Source: Spirochaetia bacterium (GTDB lineage Bacteria; Spirochaetota; Spirochaetia; SZUA-6; Bin103). From it: DNA of 64,000 bases. The DNA is taken from the NCBI GenBank assembly GCA_965208575.1, contig CBDBOV010000005.1, positions 1,152,001 to 1,216,000 of the forward strand, in the 5' to 3' direction. The position numbers and the translations under genes were made by a program. Shown piece after piece: positions 40,956-50,821 of the stretch (position 1 is the first letter of the stretch; each line of letters begins with the position of its first letter). A model generated the notes under the pieces. That model ran no database searches. It saw only the letters and a list, made by a program, of their open reading frames with translations, and was not told the origin of the DNA.

Positions 40956-42173
40956 CTATGCGTGCGGCGGTTGCGCGGCGCCGTGCGACGGGATGCGGTG
41001 CACCGGCTCCGGGTAGGCCGGGTGGAACGCCGATTGGCTTCGCGAGCGCGCGCGTACCGGGGTGGCCGCGTGTTCCCGGCTCAGCGCCGCGGCCGCTTCC
41101 GCCACCGCCCGGTCGATGAGCCCCTCCAGCGCGCCGGCGTCCATCTCCACGCGTGCGTTCACGATCAGCGTGACCCGGCCGCCGGCGAGGTTCGGCAACT
41201 GCGAACGCCATGCGCTGCTCGACACCTCGCCGCCGTCCTCCAGGTCGGCGCCCGTAACGCTCACCTTCGCGTCGCGGTAGTGGTCGCGCACCAGGAACTT
41301 GAGATGGCCGACGGCGCCGCCGCGGTCGCGCAGCGCGGCGACCACCCGTTCGATCACCGCACGTGCCGCGTCCGTGGTGCGCCCCTCGACGCCGGCCAGC
41401 TCCACCTCGCGGTCACTCCAGGCCAGCGCCGCCTCGGCGGCGCCGTAGCGGTCGTAGTCCACCTCCACGCCGGCCAGCAGCGCGTCCGCGGGCCGCGGCG
41501 CGCCCGGCGCCGCGGCGCCGGACGGAACCGCCGCGTCCGAGGCGTCCGAGGCGTCGATGTGCCGCATCCAGGCGGCGACGCCCGCCGCGCTGCGCGAGTC
41601 CTGCACCAGCAGCCGCCGTCCCGGCAAGCCGGCCTGCAACACGTCCCGCAGCCCTTCCGCTCCTCCCCACTCGGCGGCAACCAGGTCCGCGCGGGAGGCG
41701 ACCAGCAGCGGCGCCTCCGCCAACTGGCGCTCGAACAGGTAGTCCAGCGCCGGGTTGGTCCACGGCAGCGGGCGGCCCGCCAGGTAACCGGCCAGCAGGC
41801 GCGCGTCGGCCAGCACGGTCAGCGTCACCGCCTGCAACGCCACCTCGCGACGCCGCAGCAGCGGGTTTACCACCGTGCGCGCGATGTCCACGCAGGAGCC
41901 CACCGCCTCGGCGAACACGTGCTCGGCGCCGTCCTCCGCCAGCGCTGCGACGCGCTCCACCAACTCCGGGTAGCGGCAGCAGAAGCAGCCGCCGGTGACC
42001 TCCGCGACCGCCGCCGCGGTGCCGGCCAGCGCGCCGGTGTCGACCAGCATCTCGCCCTGGTCGTTGGTCACTACCGCCGCCCGCCGGCCGCGGTCGCGCA
42101 GCAGTTCGCAGGCGCTGCCGATTGCCGTGGTCTTACCGCTGCCCAGAAACCCGCCGACCAGGTGCAGTTGCAC
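40956..42173 (-). CDS. CobW/COG0523-like G3E metallochaperone GTPase
   Basis: GGFLGSGKTT, VVTNDQG, GGCFCC, EAVGSC and GHLK motifs. Confidence 0.88.
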   Translation of the reverse strand: MQLHLVGGFLGSGKTTAIGSACELLRDRGRRAAVVTNDQGEMLVDTGALAGTAAAVAEVTGGCFCCRYPELVERVAALAEDGAEHVFAEAVGSCVDIARTVVNPLLRRREVALQAVTLTVLADARLLAGYLAGRPLPWTNPALDYLFERQLAEAPLLVASRADLVAAEWGGAEGLRDVLQAGLPGRRLLVQDSRSAAGVAAWMRHIDASDASDAAVPSGAAAPGAPRPADALLAGVEVDYDRYGAAEAALAWSDREVELAGVEGRTTDAARAVIERVVAALRDRGGAVGHLKFLVRDHYRDAKVSVTGADLEDGGEVSSSAWRSQLPNLAGGRVTLIVNARVEMDAGALEGLIDRAVAEAAAALSREHAATPVRARSRSQSAFHPAYPEPVHRIPSHGAAQPPHA

Positions 42174-42267
42174 GCGCCGATTGTGCCCGGTGAGCGCCTC
42201 CGGGGTCAAAGCCATCCCAACGGGGCCTGTCCGGAGGCGCGCTATCTGCTATGGTGCAGCCTGAGAA

Positions 42268-44058
42268 ATGGGCGATTCGAACGACTCCTTCCTGGCGTCC
42301 CTGGATCCGACCGCCATGGCCGACTGGCAGATCAGCGCGGCCGCCGAACCGCACATGAAGCGGGTGCAGCAGCTCGGCGCGGAGTTGGGGTTACAGCCCG
42401 ACGAGGTGCTTCCGTTCGGCCACTACGTCGGCAAGCTGGACTACGCGCGCGTGCTCGAACGGCTCGATGCCCGCCCGAACGGAAGGTACGTGAACGTCAC
42501 CGCCATCACGCCGACCCCGCTCGGCGAGGGCAAGACCACCACCACCATGGGGCTGGTCGAGGGCCTGGCGGCGATCGGCAAGCGGGTGATCGGCGCCATC
42601 CGGCAGCCATCCGGCGGCCCAACCTTCAACATCAAGGGCTCTGCCGCCGGCGGCGGGCTGGCGCAATGCATTCCGCTCACTGACCTCAGCCTGGGTCTGA
42701 CCGGCGACATCGACGCCATCACCAACGCCCACAACCTGGCCATGGTGGCGCTTACCAGCCGTCTCCAGCACGAGGCCAACTACGGCGACAAGACCCTCGC
42801 GCGCAAGCAACTGCGCCGCCTCAACATCGACCCGCGCAAGGTGGCGGTGGGATGGGCGATCGACTTCAGCGCCCAGGCGCTGCGCGAGATCGTCATCGGC
42901 CTCGGCGGCAGGATGGACGGCCTGATGATGCAGAGCGGCTTCCAGATCTCGGTGTCGTCGGAGGTGATGGCGATCCTGGCGGTGGCCGCCGACCTGGCCG
43001 ATCTGCGAGCCCGCCTCGGCCGCATGGTGGTCGCGTACGCCAGGAACGGCAGCCCGGTCACCACCGCCGACCTGGAGGTGGACGGCGCCATGACGGCGAT
43101 CATGGCGAAGGCGATCAACCCCAACCTGATGCAGACCATCGAGGGGCAGCCGGTGTTGGTGCATGCCGGCCCGTTCGCCAACATCGCCATCGGCCAGTCC
43201 TCGGTGATCGCCGACCGGGTAGGCCTCAAGCTGGCCGATTACCACGTCACCGAGAGCGGTTTCGGCGCCGACATCGGCTTCGAGAAGTTCTGGAACCTGA
43301 AGTGCCGGATGAGCGGACTGGTGCCCGACTGCTCGGTGGTGGTGTGCACCATCCGCGCCCTGAAGATGCACGGCGGCGGCCCGCGAGTGGCACCGGGCAG
43401 GCCGCTGGACCGCGCCTACACCGAGCGCGACACCGGCCTGGTGGAGCGCGGGGTGGCGAATCTGTTGGCGCACCTGGAGACGGTGCGCAAGAGCGGGGTG
43501 GCTCCGGTGGTGTGCATCAACCACTTCCACACCGACACCGAGGAGGAGGTGGCGGTGATTCGAGAGGCGGTGGCGGCCACCGGTGCGCCGTGCGTGGTGA
43601 GCCGGCATTGGCGGTACGGCGGCGCCGGCGCGCGCGAGCTGGCGGAGGCGGTGGTGGCGGCGTGTGAGCAGCCGTCCGCGTTCCGGTTCCTGTACGAGGA
43701 CGCGGTGCCGCAGCGCGAGCGGATCGAGCGCATCACCCGCGAGGTCTACGGCGGCGCCGGTGTCAGCTATCAGCCGCAGGCGCTGGCGAAGCTGGAGGCG
43801 GTGGAACAGGATCCCGAACTGGCGAAGCTGGGCACCTGCATGGTGAAGACCCAGCTCAGCCTGAGCCACGACCCGGCGCTGAAGGGCCGGCCCACCGGCT
43901 GGACGCTGCCGGTACGCGACCTGCTGCTGTACCGCGGCGCCGGGCTGGTGGTGCCGGTGGCCGGCGACATCAAGCTGCTGCCGGGCACCGCCTCCGACCC
44001 CGCCTTCCGCCGCATCGACGTCGACCCCCGCACCGGCCGCGTCCAGGGCCTGCACTGA
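42268..44058 (+). CDS. fhs: Formate--tetrahydrofolate ligase
   Basis: [44 protein letters not shown] and KTQLSLS motifs. Confidence 0.97.
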   Translation: MGDSNDSFLASLDPTAMADWQISAAAEPHMKRVQQLGAELGLQPDEVLPFGHYVGKLDYARVLERLDARPNGRYVNVTAITPTPLGEGKTTTTMGLVEGLAAIGKRVIGAIRQPSGGPTFNIKGSAAGGGLAQCIPLTDLSLGLTGDIDAITNAHNLAMVALTSRLQHEANYGDKTLARKQLRRLNIDPRKVAVGWAIDFSAQALREIVIGLGGRMDGLMMQSGFQISVSSEVMAILAVAADLADLRARLGRMVVAYARNGSPVTTADLEVDGAMTAIMAKAINPNLMQTIEGQPVLVHAGPFANIAIGQSSVIADRVGLKLADYHVTESGFGADIGFEKFWNLKCRMSGLVPDCSVVVCTIRALKMHGGGPRVAPGRPLDRAYTERDTGLVERGVANLLAHLETVRKSGVAPVVCINHFHTDTEEEVAVIREAVAATGAPCVVSRHWRYGGAGARELAEAVVAACEQPSAFRFLYEDAVPQRERIERITREVYGGAGVSYQPQALAKLEAVEQDPELAKLGTCMVKTQLSLSHDPALKGRPTGWTLPVRDLLLYRGAGLVVPVAGDIKLLPGTASDPAFRRIDVDPRTGRVQGLH

Positions 44059-44073
44059 AAGGAGGTGCGGAGG

Positions 44074-45195
44074 ATGGCAACGTCCGGACGGTGGAGTTAC
44101 CCTGGCATGGACAAGAAGCTGGCCAGGCGCGCGGCTGTCGCAGCGCAGTCGGGAGACCTGGACGCGGTGCGGGCAGCCGTGGCTCAGGATGGTGCCGTGG
44201 CGGGCCACTGGTCGGTGCTGATGAACGCCTGCTTCGGCGGCCACCGTGACGTGGCGGCGTTTCTGATCGCGGCAGGGGCCGATGTCAACGTGCTGTCGCC
44301 CAACGCACACCGCTACCGGCCGCTGCATCGCGCCGTGGAGTACAAGAAAACCATGCCCAAGACGCCGGGCCACACCGCCACCGTGCGCCTGCTGCTGGAG
44401 CACGGCGCCGACCCGATGCTGCGCGGCACCTGGAACCTGCACAGCGCCGTGGCGGTGGCGGCGTTCGGCTGTACCGAGTTCCTGCCCCTGCTGCTGGAAT
44501 ACTCCCTGCGCGAGCCCGAGCTGTATACCGCGGCGGCGCTGGCACGCCACGATGAGCTGGCCGCTCTCCTGGCCGAGGCACCGGACGCCGCCACGCGCCC
44601 CGACGCCGACTCGCGCGACGGGAGCTGGCTGCCGCTGCAGTACTGCGCCCGTTCGGTGGCCGGCACCGAGGAGGAGCGGGTCGCCACCGCGGCGCTGCTG
44701 CTTGACCGCGGCGCCGAACCGTCCACCGGGTTGGACTACGCCTGCTGGTCCGACAACGCCGGGATCGTCGATCTGCTCCTGCAACGCGGCGGCCGCCTCG
44801 GCGACGACGACACCGTCAACCACCTCGCCTGCGACGGCCAGTTCGCCGTCCTCGACCTGCTGTTGCGCCACGGCGCCGTCGACATGAACGGTACCCGCGG
44901 CACCGCCCACCACGGCGGCTACAACCCCCTCGGCTGTGCCGTCAACATGCGCAGCCTCAAGGGGGTCACCTGGTTCCTGGACCATGGCTGCGACCCCAAC
45001 GAGGTGCAGAGCACGAGCGGCGAAACCGCCCTGCACGTGGCGGTCAACTCCGGCGCCGGCGTGCCCCTGGTGCGCCTCCTGGTAGACCGGGGCGTGAACG
45101 TCGATCAGCGCGACGCCGCCGGCCAGACCGCCCTGGACCTGGCTCGCGCCAAGGGCAAGCCGAAGCTGGTGGCGTTCCTGGCGGGAAGTGTGTGA
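44074..45195 (+). CDS. Ankyrin-repeat protein
   Basis: Multiple repeats (RPLHRAV..LLEHGADP; GETALHVAV..LVDRGVNVDQRDAAGQTALDLA); AGGAGG 8 nt before ATG 44074. Confidence 0.92.
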   Translation: MATSGRWSYPGMDKKLARRAAVAAQSGDLDAVRAAVAQDGAVAGHWSVLMNACFGGHRDVAAFLIAAGADVNVLSPNAHRYRPLHRAVEYKKTMPKTPGHTATVRLLLEHGADPMLRGTWNLHSAVAVAAFGCTEFLPLLLEYSLREPELYTAAALARHDELAALLAEAPDAATRPDADSRDGSWLPLQYCARSVAGTEEERVATAALLLDRGAEPSTGLDYACWSDNAGIVDLLLQRGGRLGDDDTVNHLACDGQFAVLDLLLRHGAVDMNGTRGTAHHGGYNPLGCAVNMRSLKGVTWFLDHGCDPNEVQSTSGETALHVAVNSGAGVPLVRLLVDRGVNVDQRDAAGQTALDLARAKGKPKLVAFLAGSV

Positions 45196-45207
45196 CGTAG
45201 GCCGAGC

Positions 45208-45486
45208 ATGACCCCAGACGATACCCTGTTTCTGAAGAATTTCTTCCAGAAGGTAATCGAATTTCTGCCGATTGCCGATGATGATGCCAGGTGGCTGGCT
45301 GCGATTGCAAATAGCCATCAGGCCGCGCTGGACAGTGCCAACCAGCTTCCGGTCCTGGCGCGCTTTTTGGACACCCACTTGGCACTCTGCTATCGCAATG
45401 GAGATGAGTGGTTCGATATACATCCACTCATCGCCGACCAAGTGGATCGGCAGGTTGAGGAATCCCGTGCGCGGTCCAAGACTTGA
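45208..45486 (+). pseudogene. 92-aa ORF, probable internally deleted P-loop ATPase (only the extreme N- and C-termini remain)
   Basis: Ends in LCYRNGDEWFDIHPLI, which I recall as the C-terminal signature of ~400+-aa ATPases encoded upstream of TPR proteins. No Walker motifs. Coupled to the next gene by TGATG. Confidence 0.55.
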
Positions 45487-47768
45487 TGGGCAGCGGATGC
45501 CGGATTGAGGAAGTCTTGCGATTAGCGCCAAGTGACGAGGTGCACTGGCAGCGGCTGCGCCGGCAGGTTGAGTGGGCGAACGAATTCTGGCTCGGCTTTC
45601 TGTTCTGCCAGTCGCCGCAGGTTGCCGCGACCATTCGCGAGCGTGTTGAGCGCCTCCTGAGAGTCAGGGCGCGCACCATCCAAGCGGTGGTGCCGACCAG
45701 CCCGGACGAGTTGGGCTCGCTGTTGCCGGTGCTGTTCGACCCTGCGATGGCGGCGCATGGACTGGTCTGGGTCGAAGCGATTCGTGCCGACTCTCCGGAA
45801 GTCCCTGCAGACCCGCCGGGCCCGTGGACGGCGGCGTGGGACAAGCTCCTGTTGCTGCTCAACGAGCGGCGCGATGCCCTGGGGCGCCACCTTCAGGGTG
45901 GCTTGATGATGGTCGCGCCCATCGACATCAAACCGAGGGCGCGCATTGCCGCCCCCGACGTGTGGTCGATTCGTTCGGTGGTCATGGAACTGCCGGCGCA
46001 CCCCCAGATGTCCCTTGCCGGTAACCGAAACGGGGCGGGGCCGGCGAGTGACTTGCGCACGGTAGCCGATGAGCCGGCGTCGGCGGCGAGGATGCAGTTT
46101 CGGCAAATTGAAGCGTTGCTCGCCAGGGGCGAGGCGGGGCAGGCGACCGAGCTGGCGCGGGAAGCCGTATCCGGTCTGCGACCCGTCTCGGTCCGCCTCT
46201 CCGCCGAGGCATTGGAGTGGCTTGGCAGGGCGCGGCGAGCGGCCGGGGACATCGCTGGCGCGCTCGATCACGTATCGGAAGCGATTCAACTGAGGCGTTC
46301 GCAGGTTGGCAACGGGGACGCGCTTCCGCCAGTGCAACGCGAGCTGGCCTCCAGCTTGGCACTCGCCGGGAACCTGCATCACGAGACCGGGGACTTGGAC
46401 AACAGTGACTCCGCTCACCGGGAGTCACTGTCCATACGCAGGCAGTTGCTGCAGACGGAAGGCAAGACGCCGCAGACGCTCGGCGATACGGAAGCAGCGC
46501 TGTGTCGCGTGGCCGAGGTGCGAGGCGCGCGCGGCGATCTGGCGGGTGCGGCAGCGGCCTACGCAGAGGCCGTCGCGTTGGTTCGCAAACTGATCGAGTT
46601 GGTCGGCGAGGCTCCGCAGGCGCTCTCGGACCTCGTCGCCGCTTTGGACGGCCTTGGGCGGGTTACCCGGCGCAGCGGTGATCTGGCGCGCAGCAGGGCG
46701 GCGCACGAAGAGGCGCTCGCCCGGTATCGTCTGCTGTTGGCCAAGACGGAGCCATCGCCGGCGGCGCTGCGTCGGTTAGCGGCGCTCCTCAACAATGCCG
46801 GCAACGGGCTGGTCGAGCACGGAGATTACGCGCTGGCGCGGGAGGCATTCGAGGAGGCCGTGGCGCTCAATCGACGATTGCTGGAAGCCAATGGCGAAGC
46901 GCTCGACGCGTTACGGGATTTGTCCATAAGCCTCAACGGTCTGGGGAACGCGCACCTGGAGGGACACGACGTAACGGGCGCCGCGACGGCATATCGGGAA
47001 GCGCTCGGTCTCCGCAGGCGGGCAGTGGCGATGGAGGAGACGCCGGAGACCCTGCGCGAGGTTGCGTTATCTCTGGACCACGTCGGGTTCGTGCAACAGA
47101 TGGCGGGGGAGCCGGCGGCGGCCCTGGCTACCCTTGAGGAGTCGCTTACGCTGTTCCGACGATTGCTGGGTTCGCACGGCGAGACACCGCGGGCCCTGCG
47201 CGGTCTCTCCGGCAGCCTGGACAGCGTGGGGCGGCTCCGGCGAGAGACAGGCGACTTGACGGGGAGTGTGGACGCACACCGAGAGTCCGTAGCGCTTGCT
47301 CGCCGGCTGCTGGGGGAGTTGGGCCCATCACCGGAAACGCTCCGTGACCTGTCGGTCAGCCTGGTGAACGTCGGGACGAGCCAAAGGGAGGCCGGGAGTC
47401 TGTCGGCAAGCATTGCAGCATATGAGGAAGCGATTGTGCTGCGGCGTCGCCGGATTGCGGACTATGGAGAGACGCCTGAGGCGTTGGCCGACCTGGCGAC
47501 GAGTCTTGCCGACCTCGGCCGCGTCATGCGCGACACCAATCGCGAGCAAGCCGCAGCCGCGTTGGGAGAGTCTCTCTCCTTGTTCCGGCGCTGGGAAGAA
47601 GTGTTGGGCAAGACGCCCCAGACGATGGGGGAGATCGCCGCCAGACTAGACGGCGTTGCCGCCGCGCGCAGGGACGCAGGCGACTCCGCCGGAGCCGCAG
47701 ACGCAGCCAAGGAGGCCGAGATCATTCGGCAGCGGGTGCAGTCAATCGGCGCCGGGCTCGCCGAATAG
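45486..47768 (+). CDS. TPR-repeat protein with an N-terminal degenerate P-loop-like domain
   Basis: N-domain LNERRD...AAPDVWSIRS, then ~48-aa periodic helical repeats (TPQTLGD, APQALSDL, TPETLREV, SPETLRDL, TPEALADL). Confidence 0.88.
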   Translation: MGSGCRIEEVLRLAPSDEVHWQRLRRQVEWANEFWLGFLFCQSPQVAATIRERVERLLRVRARTIQAVVPTSPDELGSLLPVLFDPAMAAHGLVWVEAIRADSPEVPADPPGPWTAAWDKLLLLLNERRDALGRHLQGGLMMVAPIDIKPRARIAAPDVWSIRSVVMELPAHPQMSLAGNRNGAGPASDLRTVADEPASAARMQFRQIEALLARGEAGQATELAREAVSGLRPVSVRLSAEALEWLGRARRAAGDIAGALDHVSEAIQLRRSQVGNGDALPPVQRELASSLALAGNLHHETGDLDNSDSAHRESLSIRRQLLQTEGKTPQTLGDTEAALCRVAEVRGARGDLAGAAAAYAEAVALVRKLIELVGEAPQALSDLVAALDGLGRVTRRSGDLARSRAAHEEALARYRLLLAKTEPSPAALRRLAALLNNAGNGLVEHGDYALAREAFEEAVALNRRLLEANGEALDALRDLSISLNGLGNAHLEGHDVTGAATAYREALGLRRRAVAMEETPETLREVALSLDHVGFVQQMAGEPAAALATLEESLTLFRRLLGSHGETPRALRGLSGSLDSVGRLRRETGDLTGSVDAHRESVALARRLLGELGPSPETLRDLSVSLVNVGTSQREAGSLSASIAAYEEAIVLRRRRIADYGETPEALADLATSLADLGRVMRDTNREQAAAALGESLSLFRRWEEVLGKTPQTMGEIAARLDGVAAARRDAGDSAGAADAAKEAEIIRQRVQSIGAGLAE

Positions 47769-48026
47769 CTTGCGGTCCCAGTCGGCGACCAGTTCGGCGA
47801 TGACGGCGTCGAGCACCTCGCGGGGGGCGCCGTCGCGCTGCTCGCGCGGGCCCCACTTCCACTGCTCCAGGTACTCGTCCGAGCCGTACAGGCCCTCCTC
47901 CATGGCCACGCGGTCGATCTCTTCCTGGTAGCGCGGCGGGAGCTGGCCTGAAATGCGCACTCCGCCGCCGGAGGCGCGCACCTGGGCGGGGATCTGCTGC
48001 CACCTGAGGACGCGGTACTCAGCCAT
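47742..48026 (-). CDS. PF13769 'virulence factor' family small protein (often linked to folate/corrinoid methyltransfer genes)
   Basis: W..IPAQV, LP.RYQE.IDRVAM and YLEQW motifs; overlaps the end of the pterin-binding gene. Confidence 0.85.
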   Translation of the reverse strand: MAEYRVLRWQQIPAQVRASGGGVRISGQLPPRYQEEIDRVAMEEGLYGSDEYLEQWKWGPREQRDGAPREVLDAVIAELVADWDRKLFGEPGAD

Positions 48027-49053
48027 CGGTCACCAGCTCTCCCTTGCGGTGCGCGCGGATGAACGACGCGCAGTACCGGTCGCGGCCGAGCAGCAGGTCG
48101 GCAGCCATCCGGTAGCGGCGCGAGCCGCGGTCGATGCCGAGCACGCTGTCGATGTGGCTGGTGACCGGGTCGAGGATGCCGCTGTCGGCGCCGGCGTCGA
48201 TCGCCAGGCGCAGGAACACGTCATTGATCAGGCGCCGCTGGGGCATGCCGAACGACACGTTGCTGAAGCCGCCGGTAATGTGCAGTTCGGCGCCGTAGTG
48301 CCGGCGCAGCTCGCGGATGGCGTCCAGGCAGTGGTTGCCGAATTCCTGGTCCACCGCGATCGGGAACACCAGCGGGTCCACGTAGATGTCCGCCGCCGGG
48401 ATGCCGCGCTGCAGCGCCGCGTCCACCATCCGGGACGCGTTCGCCACCCGTTCGGCGGTGTCGTTCGGCATGCCCGACTCGCCGGCGGCGGTCACGATCA
48501 CCTGCACGTCGAATTCGCGCGCCAGATCGAGCGCGTCGAGCCGCTCCAGGGAGGCGGAGTTGAGCAGCCCGCGGGCGCCGTCCGCGCCGTCGCTCCATGC
48601 CTCCAGCCCGGCCCGGATGATGTCGATGTTGGATGAGTCGATCGACAGCGGCAGGCGGCTCGCACGCCGTATCGTGCGCACCAGCCAGGCCATCGCCGCC
48701 TGCTGATCCTCCAGGCGAAGCGAAATCTCGTCCACGTTGAGGTCGAGAAAGTGGGCGCCGGCATCCTCCTGGCGTTGCGCCAGCCGCTGCAGGTAACGGA
48801 GCCCCTCGGCCGCCCCCGCGCCGCCCGCCATCGCTTCGCGGACGGCGATCTGCACGTGCTTTACGCGGCCCTCCTCGAAGTCCTGGGTGGTGCGAAACGC
48901 ATCCGGGATCGGCAGATGGCGCACCTCGCCCGACCTGGTGCGGTAGTTCACCGCCTGCGCACCGCCGGGCAGGTCGCTGATCCGGCTGCCCTTGCGGCGC
49001 AGCACGCGGGTCGTGTGGATGTTCTCGCCGATCACGATGAAAGTGTCGTTCAT
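48019..49053 (-). CDS. Pterin-binding methyl-THF:corrinoid methyltransferase (AcsE / MetH folate-domain-like)
   Basis: IGENI, AGAHFLDLNV, PLSIDS, LLNS, YVDPLVFP, GGFSNVSFGMP.R and ILDP motifs; ATGA overlap with the upstream gene. Confidence 0.9.
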   Translation of the reverse strand: MNDTFIVIGENIHTTRVLRRKGSRISDLPGGAQAVNYRTRSGEVRHLPIPDAFRTTQDFEEGRVKHVQIAVREAMAGGAGAAEGLRYLQRLAQRQEDAGAHFLDLNVDEISLRLEDQQAAMAWLVRTIRRASRLPLSIDSSNIDIIRAGLEAWSDGADGARGLLNSASLERLDALDLAREFDVQVIVTAAGESGMPNDTAERVANASRMVDAALQRGIPAADIYVDPLVFPIAVDQEFGNHCLDAIRELRRHYGAELHITGGFSNVSFGMPQRRLINDVFLRLAIDAGADSGILDPVTSHIDSVLGIDRGSRRYRMAADLLLGRDRYCASFIRAHRKGELVTDG

Positions 49054-50684
49054 TGCTTGGTCTGTTCCTCGGGTGCCGCGCCCGAACCAGGGTCGGGGCG
49101 GTGGGCGAAGTGGTCGCGTCCCAGGTACGTGTTGGTCCAGGCGCTGGTACCGGCAAGGGCGGCGTTCTTGATGATCGCCGGCCCGTCGAGCATGGTGCGT
49201 TCCTCGCCGTACGCCTTGAGCCGGTCGTAGGCGCGCGCCCAGATGCACTCCTTGTCGCCGATCTCGCACGTACCCTCGCGAGTGCCCCCGCAGGGGCCGT
49301 TGCGCTGGTTCTTGACGCACTGCGACTCCGGGCACAGGTAGGCGATGTCGGGCAGCGAGCAGTCGCCGCAGTCGCGGCAGTCGTACACCGTGGACTTGGC
49401 GGCGTGCTCGAGCTTGTGGAACAGCCGGCGGCCGCGCCTCCCGCTCTGCTCGACGGCGCGCGCCAGCTTGCGCCCGGCCTCGAAGCCCGGCGTGTCGGGC
49501 GTGAAGACCGCGTCGTGTACCGTGCGGCTCAGCTTGTATCCGAGCGGTACCCGCTGTCGCAGCCGCCCGAGCGCGTCCGGCTGCCGTGACGCCAGGTAGT
49601 TGCGGCTTACCTCGCTGCCGCTGGTGCCGGCCAGCTCGCCCGGCTCGAAGTAGTAGAATTCGTCCGGGAAGTGGAAGTGCACGTCGCCGGTGAACTGGCG
49701 CCAGTCGTCGGCGCCGAAGCCGGCGGCCATCTGCAGCACGCATTCGATGTCCGCGTGCCGGGTCAGGCCGCCGAGATAGGCGCCGCGGTAGCCGAGACCG
49801 CGCGCGATCGCCACCTGCTTGGCGGCCAGTTCCAGGAAGAACGCCTTGCCCTTGTCCGGTGATGCGGCGTGCTTCTCGGCCAGCTCCAGCAACTCCGGCA
49901 GCACCACCACGCCGGGAATCCTGCCGGAGGCGAAGAAGCGCGCCGCCGCGCCGCTCAGGACATACACGTTGGCCACCACCGGCACGTCGAGCCGGTGCGC
50001 GGCCATGTAGCGCAGCAGCTCGTCCTGTTTGCGGGCGTCCCAGCCGATCTGGCTGATGATGAACCGCGCGCCGTTGGCGATTTTCTTGGCCAGCTTGAAG
50101 TACTGCGGCATCACCTCGCGCTCGTGCCGCTTGTGGTTGTTGATCACCGCGCCCAGGAAGAAGCGCGTCGGCGTCAGGGTGCGCCGGCCGGCGCGGATGC
50201 CGGCGTTCATGTCCGAGAACATGCGCAGCAGGCCCACCGAATCGGTATCGAACACCGGGCTCGCCTGACCCTGGTAGCCGCCCACCGGATAGTCGCCCGA
50301 CAGGGCCAGGATATTGTCGAACCCGAGACTCGCGAGCTGCCAGCCGCGGCTCTCCAGGGCATTGCGGTTCCAATCCTTGCAGGACAGGTGAATCACCACC
50401 TCCTGACCGCGCGAGATCAGGTCGGTGCCGAGCGCGTCGGCGCCGAACATCGCGTTGCCGCCCGGGTTATCGGTGATCGACAACGCATGTATGTCCTTGT
50501 GTTCAACAAGGTTGCGAGCCAAATTGAGCACTCGCTTCCCCGCTCGATCGGTGAGCATGCCGCGCGAGGTGACCAACTCCACCAAGTGCAGAAAGGTATC
50601 CGTCCGCTCCAGCAGCGCGCGCAGCGTGCGGGACCCCGGCGTGGTTCGCGGGGCGGGAGTTCGTGCCTCGCGGGCGCTGTTCAT
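49050..50684 (-). CDS. metF: Methylenetetrahydrofolate reductase with fused C-terminal Cys-rich MetV-like domain
   Basis: SITDNPGG, HLSCKD.NR, LALSGDYP and KKI.NGA.FIISQ motifs; C-terminal CRDCGDC...CPESQCVKNQRNGPCGG...CE...CIW. Start approximate. Confidence 0.88.
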   Translation of the reverse strand: MNSAREARTPAPRTTPGSRTLRALLERTDTFLHLVELVTSRGMLTDRAGKRVLNLARNLVEHKDIHALSITDNPGGNAMFGADALGTDLISRGQEVVIHLSCKDWNRNALESRGWQLASLGFDNILALSGDYPVGGYQGQASPVFDTDSVGLLRMFSDMNAGIRAGRRTLTPTRFFLGAVINNHKRHEREVMPQYFKLAKKIANGARFIISQIGWDARKQDELLRYMAAHRLDVPVVANVYVLSGAAARFFASGRIPGVVVLPELLELAEKHAASPDKGKAFFLELAAKQVAIARGLGYRGAYLGGLTRHADIECVLQMAAGFGADDWRQFTGDVHFHFPDEFYYFEPGELAGTSGSEVSRNYLASRQPDALGRLRQRVPLGYKLSRTVHDAVFTPDTPGFEAGRKLARAVEQSGRRGRRLFHKLEHAAKSTVYDCRDCGDCSLPDIAYLCPESQCVKNQRNGPCGGTREGTCEIGDKECIWARAYDRLKAYGEERTMLDGPAIIKNAALAGTSAWTNTYLGRDHFAHRPDPGSGAAPEEQTKQ

Positions 50685-50821
50685 CGGGTTGCCAGTCGCG
50701 CGGACGGCGTGCGGGTGCATGGCACGCGCACGCTTACCGTTTCCGGGGCAGCCGGGCAGCATTCGCCGTCGCGGCCCGCGGTGCGCCCCAACCACTTCTC
50801 CAAAGGCTTCGGACGAATCAC

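Noticed and set aside
50685-50821. SAM, THF or cobalamin riboswitch ahead of metF
   Set aside because: I could not find the conserved cores of these families by eye; a cmscan would be needed to exclude one formally.
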